Shown here one piece after another: positions 36,834-46,592 of a stretch of DNA of 53,389 bases; the first letter of the stretch is position 1, and each line of letters starts with the position of its first letter. The notes beneath the pieces are model-generated. The model saw only the letters and a program-made list of their open reading frames with translations. It made no database searches and had not been told where the DNA came from. The DNA is from a virus. Its lineage: Duplodnaviria > Caudoviricetes. A program made the position numbers and the translations under genes. The stretch lies in IMG/VR virus record IMGVR_UViG_3300038315_000297, positions 1 to 53,389 of that record; one strand, given 5' to 3'.

Positions 36834-36983
36834 ATGGCACACAAAGGCGTAGTAATGCTAAAAGACATCGCACAGCCCTCTGGTCACACTGGTGTTACGA
36901 ATAAGCCTCTGGCAGGCGAAGAAGAGCCAGAAGAGGTAGAACAGCAGGAATCACAGGAAGAGGAAGAAAAAGTAGAGGAATGA
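36834..36983 (+). CDS. 49-aa protein with acidic tail (not in ORF track)
   Basis: MAHKGVVMLKDIAQPSGHTGVTNKPLAGEEEPEEVEQQESQEEEEKVEE, with a promoter and SD upstream. Confidence 0.6.
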   Translation: MAHKGVVMLKDIAQPSGHTGVTNKPLAGEEEPEEVEQQESQEEEEKVEE

Positions 36984-36998
36984 TACCCATGCTCAAAA

Positions 36999-37034
36999 AG
37001 AGAGAGGGGGGGGATTATAGGGGGGGGAGAGAGA
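36999..37034. repeat. Homopurine mirror repeat AGAGAGA-G8-ATTATA-G8-AGAGAGA
   Basis: Two mirror-symmetric 15-nt purine arms flank ATTATA, followed directly by TATAAT (37035-37040). Confidence 0.8.
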
Positions 37035-37060
37035 TATAATCTTAAAGAAGGATTTATGGC

Positions 37061-37258
37061 ATGAATGAGCGCGATGCTGGAAACGGTGATCCTGACGTAG
37101 ATACCACTCTATTTCATGAGGAGTCACTTGTGAATATTGAGATAGATGGTATGATATACACGATCCCTATTGCGGTAAACGATTTGATAGATAACCTAGT
37201 CTTACAGATAAGAGAGCTTCAAACATTAGCTGGATCAGGTGGATTCAAGAGTAATTAA
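37061..37258 (+). CDS. Hypothetical protein
   Basis: 65-aa ORF with SD AAGGA. Confidence 0.55.
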   Translation: MNERDAGNGDPDVDTTLFHEESLVNIEIDGMIYTIPIAVNDLIDNLVLQIRELQTLAGSGGFKSN

Positions 37259-38021
37259 GGGGAATCGGCACTACGTCTTTGACAATGCTGAGGAATATGC
37301 AGAGCATTTCGATAAAGGGAAGGCTCCTCCTATCCATTCAAATTGGAAAGACGCACAAGAAGGGGACTGGGTATATTCTGATGATGGGAAGGTAGTTCAG
37401 TTGCTAAAAGTATCAGATATTAAACATCCTAATGACTCAAAGAATTACCAATATGCTCAAGGATGGGTAAGAACAGTTGTTGGAACATTTATCAAAACAA
37501 AAGATAGTTCTATGGACTCAGACTTCAGTAAGCACAAAGATAGATATACATTCTCAGGAAAAAAGAGTACTCCAGCCAAGAGATTAAGATCAAGAAAGAC
37601 AGTTACAAAAAAAGAGAGACTATTTGCAACAAGTGTAGCGGCTGGCCATGGAGTAGTAGCAGCTTACCAGTCTTCATTCGGAAATTCCATGCCAGATCAG
37701 AAGGCAAGAGCGAAAGCTGTAATTTTACTTAAACAGGAGAGAGTAATGAAAGAGATTGAGAAGTCTGTAATGGACGTTGCGAAAAGCATGGGTATTGACC
37801 ATCAATACGTCTTGAACAACTTAAAAATTCTATGTGAAAGTTCTGAAGATGAAAATATTGTCTTACAATCGACTAAAGAGCTGGGAAAAGCCATAGGTAC
37901 TCTAGGAGCTCCACAGAAAAAGAATGTTGAGATGGGTATTTATGGAATGATGCAACAGTTCTCGCCAGAAGAGATAGATGAAGCAAAACGTCCAATGTTA
38001 GAAGAAGTGGAGTCTGAATAA
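37239..38021 (+). CDS. Putative terminase small subunit (with N-terminal extra domain)
   Basis: C-terminal half has a TerS-like HTH pattern (TKKERLFA...AAYQSSF...ARAKAVILLKQERV...YVLNNLK). It lies upstream of terL. Confidence 0.6.
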   Translation: MDSRVIKGNRHYVFDNAEEYAEHFDKGKAPPIHSNWKDAQEGDWVYSDDGKVVQLLKVSDIKHPNDSKNYQYAQGWVRTVVGTFIKTKDSSMDSDFSKHKDRYTFSGKKSTPAKRLRSRKTVTKKERLFATSVAAGHGVVAAYQSSFGNSMPDQKARAKAVILLKQERVMKEIEKSVMDVAKSMGIDHQYVLNNLKILCESSEDENIVLQSTKELGKAIGTLGAPQKKNVEMGIYGMMQQFSPEEIDEAKRPMLEEVESE

Positions 38022-38022
38022 T

Positions 38023-38889
38023 ATGATATGTCCAAGATGTTCATCGTATCAGATCAAAAAAGATGGTACTAATAAAACTGCTCAGATATTTCAATGCAAA
38101 TCATGCCAGAGACACTTTTCAGTTCCTATGGAGAATATCCAGCTAGATTCCAGCTTGATCGAGCCTGGTAAGGTATATGAGCATAAGTCAGATGAAACTA
38201 TCAGAGTTCATGGTCTAACAGATATACATCTTGGTGCTAACGAGTTTGATCTAGATAAATTTCGTGAAGTTATCAAGATGATTTACGAAGATGACAATGC
38301 ATTATGGTTTGGTAATGGTGATATATTGGAATGTATACCACCTAACTATAAAATCAGCCAGAGAGGTCAATACATCAATCCAGAAGAACAGCATTTAGCG
38401 TTTATGGACTTAATTGCACCAATTATCGACAAGTGTTTATTCGTTAGGGGTGGAAACCATGATTATCTGAGAAGTGTAAGACTATTGGATTATGATGTAT
38501 CTCGTATTATTGCAAAAGAGATGGGAGTTCCGTACTATAGACTACCAGGCTACTCTATTATCACAGTTGGCGGTAAAAAGTGGTATCTCGTAAGTGGGCA
38601 TGGCAAGAGTGGAGCTAAGAATGGCGATTTGGAGTTGGATAAGCTATCTTCGATATACAGTCAGGGAGATATTTTCTTTCTGGGTCACAATCATCAACTT
38701 TATGCGAAACCTATTGACTCCATCAAAGTTGAGAATGATGAGGAGACTCTTCACAGGAGATGGTATATCAGAGGTGGGAGTTTTCTTAGATACGCAGAAT
38801 ATGCGAGATACTCTTTGTATACAATAGTAAGAACAGGATGGGTAACTATCGAGCTTAGTAAGGACAGTGTTAAGTGTTGGACGAACTAG
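38023..38889 (+). CDS. Calcineurin-like metallophosphoesterase with N-terminal Zn ribbon
   Basis: CPRC...CKSC, then DIHLG, GNGD, GNHD, HG and GHNH. Confidence 0.85.
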   Translation: MICPRCSSYQIKKDGTNKTAQIFQCKSCQRHFSVPMENIQLDSSLIEPGKVYEHKSDETIRVHGLTDIHLGANEFDLDKFREVIKMIYEDDNALWFGNGDILECIPPNYKISQRGQYINPEEQHLAFMDLIAPIIDKCLFVRGGNHDYLRSVRLLDYDVSRIIAKEMGVPYYRLPGYSIITVGGKKWYLVSGHGKSGAKNGDLELDKLSSIYSQGDIFFLGHNHQLYAKPIDSIKVENDEETLHRRWYIRGGSFLRYAEYARYSLYTIVRTGWVTIELSKDSVKCWTN

Positions 38890-39092
38890 CAAAATATGAT
38901 GCGTCAGGTCTTAATCTTGGGAAGTCAATTAAGGAACTAAAAAGAATATCAAAACAGATAAGTTATTCTGGCCTGGTGAGTGGTAGAGATTATGATTTCA
39001 TAAGAGTTAAATGGATAAGGTCTATTATCGATCACATAGAAATTCCAGAATTGGTGGGACATGAAGAACAAGACGACAACATCGAAGCATGA
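38874..39092 (+). CDS. Hypothetical protein
   Basis: 72-aa ORF in the operon (GTG start). Confidence 0.5.
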   Translation: MLDELAKYDASGLNLGKSIKELKRISKQISYSGLVSGRDYDFIRVKWIRSIIDHIEIPELVGHEEQDDNIEA

Positions 39093-39294
39093 CATCATTA
39101 GGTCAATTAAAGCATTACGAATTAGAATGGATAGAATATATAATATTTTGCTCATTCAGCAACAGGAGATTAAAGAGTATATCGAGTTTATGGGGAATGA
39201 GAAAGAATATGAGGAACATTTAAAAAAGAAATATGAACGTAAACAGCCAGAAGATAACGGAAGCGGAACAGACGCTGGAACTGGCGAAGAATGA
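39061..39294 (+). CDS. Hypothetical protein
   Basis: 77-aa ORF overlapping the terL start. Confidence 0.5.
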   Translation: MKNKTTTSKHDIIRSIKALRIRMDRIYNILLIQQQEIKEYIEFMGNEKEYEEHLKKKYERKQPEDNGSGTDAGTGEE

Positions 39295-40786
39295 TTTAAT
39301 CGCTTTTGGTAAACTATTCCTACCTGACGACTTTAAGAGATCAGAAACTCCTCCATTCCATTATGAGATCGCTGACCTGATAGATGATAAACTCTGTAAG
39401 CAACTTGCTATTATCGTGCCGCGTGGTCATGGCAAGACTGTACTGACAAAAGCATCCATACTTAAAGATTTTTGCTTTTCTGAGGAACTTTTATTCTATG
39501 CGTGGGTAAGTGCGACTCAGAAGTTGTCCGTAGGAAACATGGATTACATTAAACACCACTTTGATTACAACGAAAGAATTAAATACTACTTCGGAGCAAT
39601 GAGAGGTAAAAAATGGACAGAAGAAGATATTGAATTGAAAAATGGATGTAAACTAATTTCAAAAAGTAATGTTGCTGGCATACGTGGTGGCGCAAAACTT
39701 CATAAACGATACGACCTCATTGTTCTTGACGACTTTGAACATGAGGCAAATACAATAACTCATGATGCGAGGGCTAAAAATGCAAATCTTGTTACGGCTG
39801 TTGTCTATCCTGCTCTGGAGCCTCACACTGGTAGGCTTCGTGTTAACGGGACTCCTGTACATTTCGACAGTTTTATTAATAACTTGCTCAGAGGCTACGA
39901 GCAAGCGGTTAAAGAAAAAAAATCTTTCTCTTGGAACATGGTTACGTACAAAGCCTTTCTTCCAGACGGGACTCCGCTTTGGCCCAGTTTCTTCAATAAG
40001 GAAAAACTTATAGAAAAGAAGAAATTCTATAGAGATTCAGGCCAGCCATCTAAGTTCTATCAAGAGTACATGATGGAAGTCATGAGTGAAGAGGACGCTA
40101 TGTGGAAGCGTTCAGACATTAAGCATTGGAGTGGATTTTATGAGCATATCGAAGGCATTAACTATATCGTACAAGACGGAGAGAAGACACCTATCCATAC
40201 ATTTATCGGGTGTGACCCTGCTACTGATATTGATACTAAAGAGTCTGATTTCAGCGTCATTATGGTTGTGGGTGTGGACACAAATAATAATCTATTCGTA
40301 CTCGAATATGAACGGCATAGAAGTATCCCAACCATCGGATCAAAGTCACCTGACGGAACAGTATTCGGAAAGAAAGGTGTTGTAGATCATATCATTGGAT
40401 TGTATGATAAGTATCATTGTGTTAGTGCGACTGTGGAAGACGTAGCAATGAATAGGTCTATATTCCAAGCGATGAACGATGAAAAGAGAAGATTGAATAG
40501 GTTCAATTTGTCGATAATACCTCAAAAGCCTGGTGGAACTCAAAAGAGAAACCGCATTTATAGTGGACTTGCTGGTAGATTTAGCATGGGAAGCATCTTT
40601 TTGAGGGATAACCACTTTGATTTAACGCATGAAATCCTTACATTCGGCCCCAGAATGGCACATGACGATACCATAGAGGGACTTTATTATGCAAATCTGC
40701 ACGCTTTTCCTCCCAATTATGCCCAGAAAAAGGACAAAACGTGGAGAAAACCAAAGAAAAAGGTGAAAAATTGGATAATAGCTTAG
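39233..40786 (+). CDS. terL: Terminase large subunit
   Basis: Walker A PRGHGKT, Walker B LIVLDDFE, NGTPVH, FYQEYM, nuclease IGCDPA and HDDTIEG. Confidence 0.93.
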   Translation: MNVNSQKITEAEQTLELAKNDLIAFGKLFLPDDFKRSETPPFHYEIADLIDDKLCKQLAIIVPRGHGKTVLTKASILKDFCFSEELLFYAWVSATQKLSVGNMDYIKHHFDYNERIKYYFGAMRGKKWTEEDIELKNGCKLISKSNVAGIRGGAKLHKRYDLIVLDDFEHEANTITHDARAKNANLVTAVVYPALEPHTGRLRVNGTPVHFDSFINNLLRGYEQAVKEKKSFSWNMVTYKAFLPDGTPLWPSFFNKEKLIEKKKFYRDSGQPSKFYQEYMMEVMSEEDAMWKRSDIKHWSGFYEHIEGINYIVQDGEKTPIHTFIGCDPATDIDTKESDFSVIMVVGVDTNNNLFVLEYERHRSIPTIGSKSPDGTVFGKKGVVDHIIGLYDKYHCVSATVEDVAMNRSIFQAMNDEKRRLNRFNLSIIPQKPGGTQKRNRIYSGLAGRFSMGSIFLRDNHFDLTHEILTFGPRMAHDDTIEGLYYANLHAFPPNYAQKKDKTWRKPKKKVKNWIIA

Positions 40787-41007
40787 CTGTAAGACGACCT
40801 TACTTTAATAATCGACTATCTACTAGGGCAAGTAATGGTACTGACCCCTCTTTGAATAAAGGCCCTACAAAGTCTATCTGGCAAGAAGTCACCAAACGTA
40901 GAAAGATTCCTGCGAAAAGATATTCTCTGGAAAGTTTGGTTGATATGGGAATTGAAGGTATTCCAATGATACGAGCATTTAAGTACCCGTGGTCTATGCA
41001 TGCCTAG
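40741..41007 (+). CDS. Hypothetical protein
   Basis: Fills the gap between terL and the endolysin; start uncertain. Confidence 0.4.
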   Translation: MEKTKEKGEKLDNSLAVRRPYFNNRLSTRASNGTDPSLNKGPTKSIWQEVTKRRKIPAKRYSLESLVDMGIEGIPMIRAFKYPWSMHA

Positions 41008-41392
41008 ATTTGGTAAAAGGTCTAAGAAAAGACTTGCAACTTGTGATGATAGACTTCAAGACTTATTCAAAGAAGTTATAAAATATTTTGATTGTACGGT
41101 GATTCAAGGGCATAGAGGTGAAGCAGAGCAAAACCAAGCATATGACGCGGGACGAAGTAAACTTCGTTATCCTGATGGTAAGCATAATGCTGATCCTTCA
41201 AAAGCCGTGGATGTGGCTCCTTACCCTATCGACTGGAGCGATCGCGACAGGTTTCATTACTTTGGTGGTTTTGTTCTGGGCATCGCATCGCAAATGGGAT
41301 TAAAAATTCGTTGGGGCGGCGACTGGGATAGAGACACCGAAGTCAAAGACAATAGGTTCGATGACCTTCCACATTTTGAAATAAGAGAATAA
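41000..41392 (+). CDS. Endolysin, peptidase M15 (L-Ala-D-Glu peptidase, T5-like)
   Basis: FGKRSKKRL, QGHRG, KHN...SKAVD, IRWGGDW and DLPHFE. Confidence 0.9.
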   Translation: MPRFGKRSKKRLATCDDRLQDLFKEVIKYFDCTVIQGHRGEAEQNQAYDAGRSKLRYPDGKHNADPSKAVDVAPYPIDWSDRDRFHYFGGFVLGIASQMGLKIRWGGDWDRDTEVKDNRFDDLPHFEIRE

Positions 41393-41408
41393 CGTAGGAG
41401 AATGAAAA

Positions 41409-41753
41409 ATGGCAATAGTTTACGGGGTACATAAGTATACTACCTCAGAAGCACTAAACCTTCAGTTAGGACAAGCTGGATTTGATGTTGTTGGAGAACA
41501 CGATTCAACCACACAGTCTCCCCCAGATGAAAATGGGAGAGCTGGTGTATGGATTGCTCTACAATGTCTAGCCGCTGTAACTCCTGGCTCTACTGCTTAT
41601 GCAAGTCAGTTTTGTCAGTTAACAGCCGCTTGTAATGAGGGTGATGATTTAACGTCTGTATTCTTACAGCCTGGTGACATCATCTATGGAAGCTTCTCAG
41701 GGGTAGTGAATCATACCAACTCTAATGCGACTTTACTAGCTTATAGAGGATAG
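41409..41753 (+). CDS. Hypothetical (likely virion) protein
   Basis: 114 aa, beta-rich, SD AGGAG, ends LLAYRG. Confidence 0.5.
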   Translation: MAIVYGVHKYTTSEALNLQLGQAGFDVVGEHDSTTQSPPDENGRAGVWIALQCLAAVTPGSTAYASQFCQLTAACNEGDDLTSVFLQPGDIIYGSFSGVVNHTNSNATLLAYRG

Positions 41754-41754
41754 A

Positions 41755-44034
41755 GTGCCTAGACAAAGCGACAAAAAGAAAGCCGATATTAATAAAAGGC
41801 TTTGGGAGCAATCTAATGGAAGCTCTAGGCAAAAGTGGCAGAAGGTTAATCAAAGAGGGTATGACTTCTATCTTAACGAACAATTAACTGGCGCAGAAAG
41901 AGATGCGATAGAATCCTCTGGCATGCCAAGTTTCATTATTAACAGGATTACTCCTGTTATTGAGATGATGAAATACTTTGTTTCTGCTAATGATCCAAGA
42001 TGGCAAGCGGTCGGTAGTGAAGGTTCTGATACTGATGTGGCGGCTGTCCACTCAGATATTGCTGATTATTGCTGGTATCTTTCTAATGGGAAATCTATCT
42101 ATGGTCATGTCATACAGGACGCTCTAACAAAGTCTGTAGGATTTTTCTTAGTTGATGTTAATCCTGATTTAGATCAGGGAATGGGAGAGGTTATACTCAA
42201 GAGAGTTGAGCCGTTTGATGTATTTGTTGATCCTATGAGTACTGACTTCCTCTTTAGGGACGCTTCCTATGTAATCATCAAAAAGGATTTAACAAAAACA
42301 CAGTTAATGTCTCTTTATCCAGATTACAAGAGAAAGATTAAGAAAGCGGAAGGACAAACAATGTCAAGTAGAGGTGGGGTAATGTTCTCTGATAGAAATC
42401 TAGGAACATCTGATGCTATTCTTCCTGATGAGGTGGGAATACAAGCATATGATCCCCTGACGGCTGAAGAAGATGAAATGCTTGAAATCTTCGAGACATA
42501 TCAAAAGGTCAAGGTTCCATACTACAATGTTTTCATCAAGGTTCTTCCTTCTGCGCAAGAGATGGCAGAGATTAGAGAGCAGGCTGAGAAGGAGATAGAA
42601 AATTTTGTGAAAGAAACTGAAGTCTCTGTAAAGGAGACTGAAGCTTCTGTGCAACAAGCTGTAGAACGTGGAGAGATGATTCCAGAGAGAGCTGCTCTAG
42701 AAATAGAAAAGGCAGTACAGGAAGCAAAAGTTACTATTGAACAACATAGACAGTCTGTTATATCAAAGATAGAAGATGTTCAGTCGAGAGTTGAAAATAG
42801 TGTTCTTCCAGAAGACGCTTACAAAGAATTGGCCGCAACAGAAGCAGGACAGAAGAATATTGTTGAAGCTATAAAATTTTATGATACGAGAGTAAAACTC
42901 ACCTGCACTATTGGAGATAGCGTACTTTTATGGGAAATGATTCTACCATGTACTGAGTATCCGATTGTTCCATTTATGTATACTTGGACAGGTACTCCTC
43001 ATCCAATGAGTGCTGTTAGTCCCTTAGTTGGTAAACAACAAGAATTAAACAAAGCTCACCAGCTCATGATCCACAATGCGAACTTAGCGTCAAACTTGAG
43101 ATGGCTATATGAGGAAGGATCAGTGCCAGAAGAGGAATGGGAACAATACTCTTCAGCGCCTGGTGCTTTATTGAAATATAGATCAGGATTTGCTCCTCCT
43201 ACTCCTGTCCAGCCTCTTCCCTTAAATCAGGCATTCTTTGAACTCACAAGTGTAGGAAGATCAGATATGGAGTATTTATCTGGTGTATATTCTTCTATGC
43301 AAGGTGATGTGGGGACTCAGCATGAAACGTATAGAGGTCTATTAGCTGCTGACGAATATGGAACACGAAGAATTAAGGCATGGATGGAATCAACAATTGA
43401 GCCAGCTCTAGAACATCTTGGAAAAGTATTCAAGGAGATGGCGCAAAACACGTATACAGCACATAAGGTGTTCAGAATTATTCAGCCAAGTGCATTACAG
43501 GAAGAAAGAACAGTTGAAATGAACATTCCAATATACAATGATATGGGAGCGGCTATTGGTAAATGGAAGGACTATGCTTCTGCAAGATTTGACGTGAGAA
43601 TTGTATCTGGCTCGACACTCCCAGTAAACAGATGGGCTCTACTAGAAGAGTACTTCAGATGGTTCCAAGCTGGTCTTATTGATGATGTTGCTATGTTGGC
43701 TGAGACTGATGTTCGTGGCAAAGAGAATATCTTAAAGAGGAAATCAGTTTATACACAACTTCAAAGTCAGCTGGAAGAGATGGAGGCTTTATTGAAAGAC
43801 AGGGACGGAACTATCGAAACATTATCTCGACAGGTGATACAATCTGGTATCAGAACCAAGATAAAAGATGCAGAATCTGAAGTAGATAGAGATTTAGGTG
43901 AAACAAAATCGCAACAGAAGTTTTTAAGGAATATGCTGCGTGGGGAATTAGACATGATGAAGAGAGAAATGACAAGACAGGTCAAGAATGCAGTAGACCA
44001 AGAAAAAATTAAGGCGCAGAAGCAGAAGTCTTGA
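41755..44034 (+). CDS. Portal protein (P22-like)
   Basis: 759 aa between terL and scaffold, with INRITPVI, VFVDP, YPIVPF, QQELNK and FDVRI, and a coiled-coil C-terminus. Confidence 0.88.
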   Translation: MPRQSDKKKADINKRLWEQSNGSSRQKWQKVNQRGYDFYLNEQLTGAERDAIESSGMPSFIINRITPVIEMMKYFVSANDPRWQAVGSEGSDTDVAAVHSDIADYCWYLSNGKSIYGHVIQDALTKSVGFFLVDVNPDLDQGMGEVILKRVEPFDVFVDPMSTDFLFRDASYVIIKKDLTKTQLMSLYPDYKRKIKKAEGQTMSSRGGVMFSDRNLGTSDAILPDEVGIQAYDPLTAEEDEMLEIFETYQKVKVPYYNVFIKVLPSAQEMAEIREQAEKEIENFVKETEVSVKETEASVQQAVERGEMIPERAALEIEKAVQEAKVTIEQHRQSVISKIEDVQSRVENSVLPEDAYKELAATEAGQKNIVEAIKFYDTRVKLTCTIGDSVLLWEMILPCTEYPIVPFMYTWTGTPHPMSAVSPLVGKQQELNKAHQLMIHNANLASNLRWLYEEGSVPEEEWEQYSSAPGALLKYRSGFAPPTPVQPLPLNQAFFELTSVGRSDMEYLSGVYSSMQGDVGTQHETYRGLLAADEYGTRRIKAWMESTIEPALEHLGKVFKEMAQNTYTAHKVFRIIQPSALQEERTVEMNIPIYNDMGAAIGKWKDYASARFDVRIVSGSTLPVNRWALLEEYFRWFQAGLIDDVAMLAETDVRGKENILKRKSVYTQLQSQLEEMEALLKDRDGTIETLSRQVIQSGIRTKIKDAESEVDRDLGETKSQQKFLRNMLRGELDMMKREMTRQVKNAVDQEKIKAQKQKS

Positions 44035-44060
44035 CCAGAATACAAAATTTTTGTTAAATT
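44031..44060 (+). promoter_or_regulatory. Putative sigma70-like promoter for scaffold/capsid genes
   Basis: TTGACC-N18-TAAATT upstream of SD AAGGAG and ATG 44078. Confidence 0.4.
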
Positions 44061-44077
44061 AGAAGGAGAATATTAAT

Positions 44078-44983
44078 ATGTCCCCAATTGACACAGATAA
44101 CCTATTGACAGCAAATACAGTAATGGAAGGTGAACCTGCTAAAGATAGCCCTGCCGAAGGTGACAACTTTGACGTTCAAGAGTTTATGGACTCATTAGAT
44201 CAGGATGTCAATAGTGGAATAATTGATGATAACCAATCTGAAGGAGAAGTAAGGCTCTCTCCCGAAGAACCAGCAACCTTTGATGGAAGTCAGAGCCCTG
44301 GCCAGACACAAGAGCACGATTGGGAAAAGAGATATGGAGACTCTACTACGGAAGCAAGGAAGTTAAATTCCAAGCTTAATGATGTAGAGCCTTATATACC
44401 TATTCTCGATGCGATGAAAGAAGACCCTAATTTAGTTCAGCACATGCGTAACTATTTTGAGGGTAATGGAAGCGTCAACTCCTCTAGTAATTTAAAGGAG
44501 CAACTTGGCTTGGACGAAGACTTCATTTTCGATTATGACGAAGCAATCTCAGATCAAAACTCAGATTCTGCAAAGGTAATGAATACCCACGTAGATGGTC
44601 TTGTGCAACAAAGGTTAGGTGAATATGCAAATCGCCAAAACTTTGAAAACGCAAGAGCAGATGAGCAATCAAAGGTTCAACAGAAGTTCAATCTATCAGA
44701 CGATCAGATGGGACAGATGGTTGACTTTGCTAAAAATCGTTCTCTCACAATGGATGATATTTATTATCTATATACGAGAGAGAATAGAGATCAGACGATT
44801 GCTGACAATGCAAGAAAAGAAGTCGCACAGCAAATGAAGAACGTAAGGCAGAAACCTGCCAGTGTCTCTTCAGCTGGCGCACAAGACATAGATACTGGAT
44901 CATCACAAGATGACCAAGTATTCAATGCTCTCTTACATCTAGATCAAGGAGTTGAAGCCTTATCAGCTAAACTAGACAAGTAG
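44078..44983 (+). CDS. Capsid scaffolding protein
   Basis: Acidic and helical with a DWEKRYGDS..EARKL motif, between portal and capsid. Confidence 0.75.
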   Translation: MSPIDTDNLLTANTVMEGEPAKDSPAEGDNFDVQEFMDSLDQDVNSGIIDDNQSEGEVRLSPEEPATFDGSQSPGQTQEHDWEKRYGDSTTEARKLNSKLNDVEPYIPILDAMKEDPNLVQHMRNYFEGNGSVNSSSNLKEQLGLDEDFIFDYDEAISDQNSDSAKVMNTHVDGLVQQRLGEYANRQNFENARADEQSKVQQKFNLSDDQMGQMVDFAKNRSLTMDDIYYLYTRENRDQTIADNARKEVAQQMKNVRQKPASVSSAGAQDIDTGSSQDDQVFNALLHLDQGVEALSAKLDK

Positions 44984-44996
44984 GAGGTAAGTACAC

Positions 44997-46580
44997 ATGG
45001 CTTACACATCCCCCAAATATCTGGCGGTATCCAATCAAGGTGGGCTACCGACTTCAGAAGGGGCAACAGGTCGCGTAGCTGGTTCTGGTCTTTCAACTGG
45101 TCACCCAAGACGAAGATATGATTTTTCTGATAGGTTCACTGAACTTGCAGTTAATCAGACTCCGTTTTTTAGACTGGTTAGTCAGATTGGAAAACAGCCG
45201 ACTGATGATCCCCAATTTAAATACACCGAGAAAAGAGGTTCGTGGCATAAACGATATGCATACGTAGTCGGATTCCATAATGGATCGGCTGCTGTAATAA
45301 ACGAAGCTATCCTAGCAAACACATCAGATAGTACAAGTGTTTCAGTCGGAGACACTATGACTGTTTATCTTGCTGGTGATTATCTCACCGCAGGTAACAT
45401 TCAAAATAAAATAGGTCAGGAAGTCGATGCCCACATTGGTGCATCTGGCACAAGACCTAATTTTGTTGTCCCTGGCATGCTACTCAAAGTGAATGTATCA
45501 GACTCAGCTACGGATCAAGCAGCTAAAGACTACTACATTCTGAGAGTTACATCACAAGCTGCACAAGACACTGACATTGACTTAGGTAGTGTTGGAGATG
45601 GTGTTGACAATGCGGAAACGATTAAAGCAGTTTGTTCTGTTGTTCGTGTCCCATCTAGTCCAGCACCAGCTGCGGCTTATTCTACTAACCATAATACTGC
45701 TACTACGGTAGACAGTACTGGTTCAGTGACGACTAGTGATACTCTTGCTGGTCACTTTGAATCAAGACGTACATACGCTGTTGGAAGTGCCCATGCTGAA
45801 GGATCAGGACTGATCGGAGAAGTGTGGAACGATAATCCTTACAGTACCTCATATGGACAAACTCAGATTTTTCGTTCTGAGTTCGGTATGACGAATACTG
45901 CAAGGGCGACCGCTCTAAAGTACGAACCTAACGAATGGGCTCGTATCTGGAAAGACAAACTGATTGAACATAAGTGGGACATTGAGCAAGCTGCTCTATT
46001 TTCTGCTCAATATTCGCCAACTGCCAGTACTTCATCAGTGAACACCACTCAGGGTGCAATTGATTTTGTACTGAACACTGGTAACATATTCTCCTTAACG
46101 GAATCAACTAAAACATCTGATGATTTCTTGGATGATATGAGTCAGTTCCTCGATCCTAGATACAACAATGCTAACGCAACACTGTTCTTCTGTGATACTT
46201 CAACATATAACTGGTTACATAAGTTAAGTGGATACTTTTCCAATAGTTTGGAATTGAGTCCTAACTTTAGTTCCAATTTCGCAGCCCAAGGCCGCGGAAG
46301 TATGTTTGGTGTTGACTTCACAAGAATCAGTACTGTTTATGGTGATATGAATGTTGTTCGCAACATCCACCTAGATGGTTCTGTAGTGAAGATGCTCGCA
46401 ATGAACATGAAGTACGTTGGATATCGTCCTCTAGTAGGAAATGGCATGAATCGTGACACAGCTGTCTATGTCGGTGTTAGCTCTCTAGAAAATAGTGGAG
46501 ATGACAAACGAGTGGATATGATCCTTACAGAAGCTGGCTTTGAGTTCAAAATGCCCGAAGCTCACGCGATCTGGAAATAG
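44997..46580 (+). CDS. Major capsid protein (HK97 fold, DUF5309/SU10-like)
   Basis: TPFFRLVSQIGK, GQTQIFR, EHKWDIEQAALF, TTQG, FGVDFTRISTVYGDMNVV and TEAGFE...PEAHA. Strong SD AGGAGGT. Confidence 0.88.
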   Translation: MAYTSPKYLAVSNQGGLPTSEGATGRVAGSGLSTGHPRRRYDFSDRFTELAVNQTPFFRLVSQIGKQPTDDPQFKYTEKRGSWHKRYAYVVGFHNGSAAVINEAILANTSDSTSVSVGDTMTVYLAGDYLTAGNIQNKIGQEVDAHIGASGTRPNFVVPGMLLKVNVSDSATDQAAKDYYILRVTSQAAQDTDIDLGSVGDGVDNAETIKAVCSVVRVPSSPAPAAAYSTNHNTATTVDSTGSVTTSDTLAGHFESRRTYAVGSAHAEGSGLIGEVWNDNPYSTSYGQTQIFRSEFGMTNTARATALKYEPNEWARIWKDKLIEHKWDIEQAALFSAQYSPTASTSSVNTTQGAIDFVLNTGNIFSLTESTKTSDDFLDDMSQFLDPRYNNANATLFFCDTSTYNWLHKLSGYFSNSLELSPNFSSNFAAQGRGSMFGVDFTRISTVYGDMNVVRNIHLDGSVVKMLAMNMKYVGYRPLVGNGMNRDTAVYVGVSSLENSGDDKRVDMILTEAGFEFKMPEAHAIWK

Positions 46581-46592
46581 GAGGTAGCGATT

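Noticed and set aside
39233-40786. Intein or intron in terL (also checked dnaB and the RNAP)
   Set aside because: TerL and DnaB have normal lengths and continuous motifs, and no intein or homing-endonuclease signatures were noticed.
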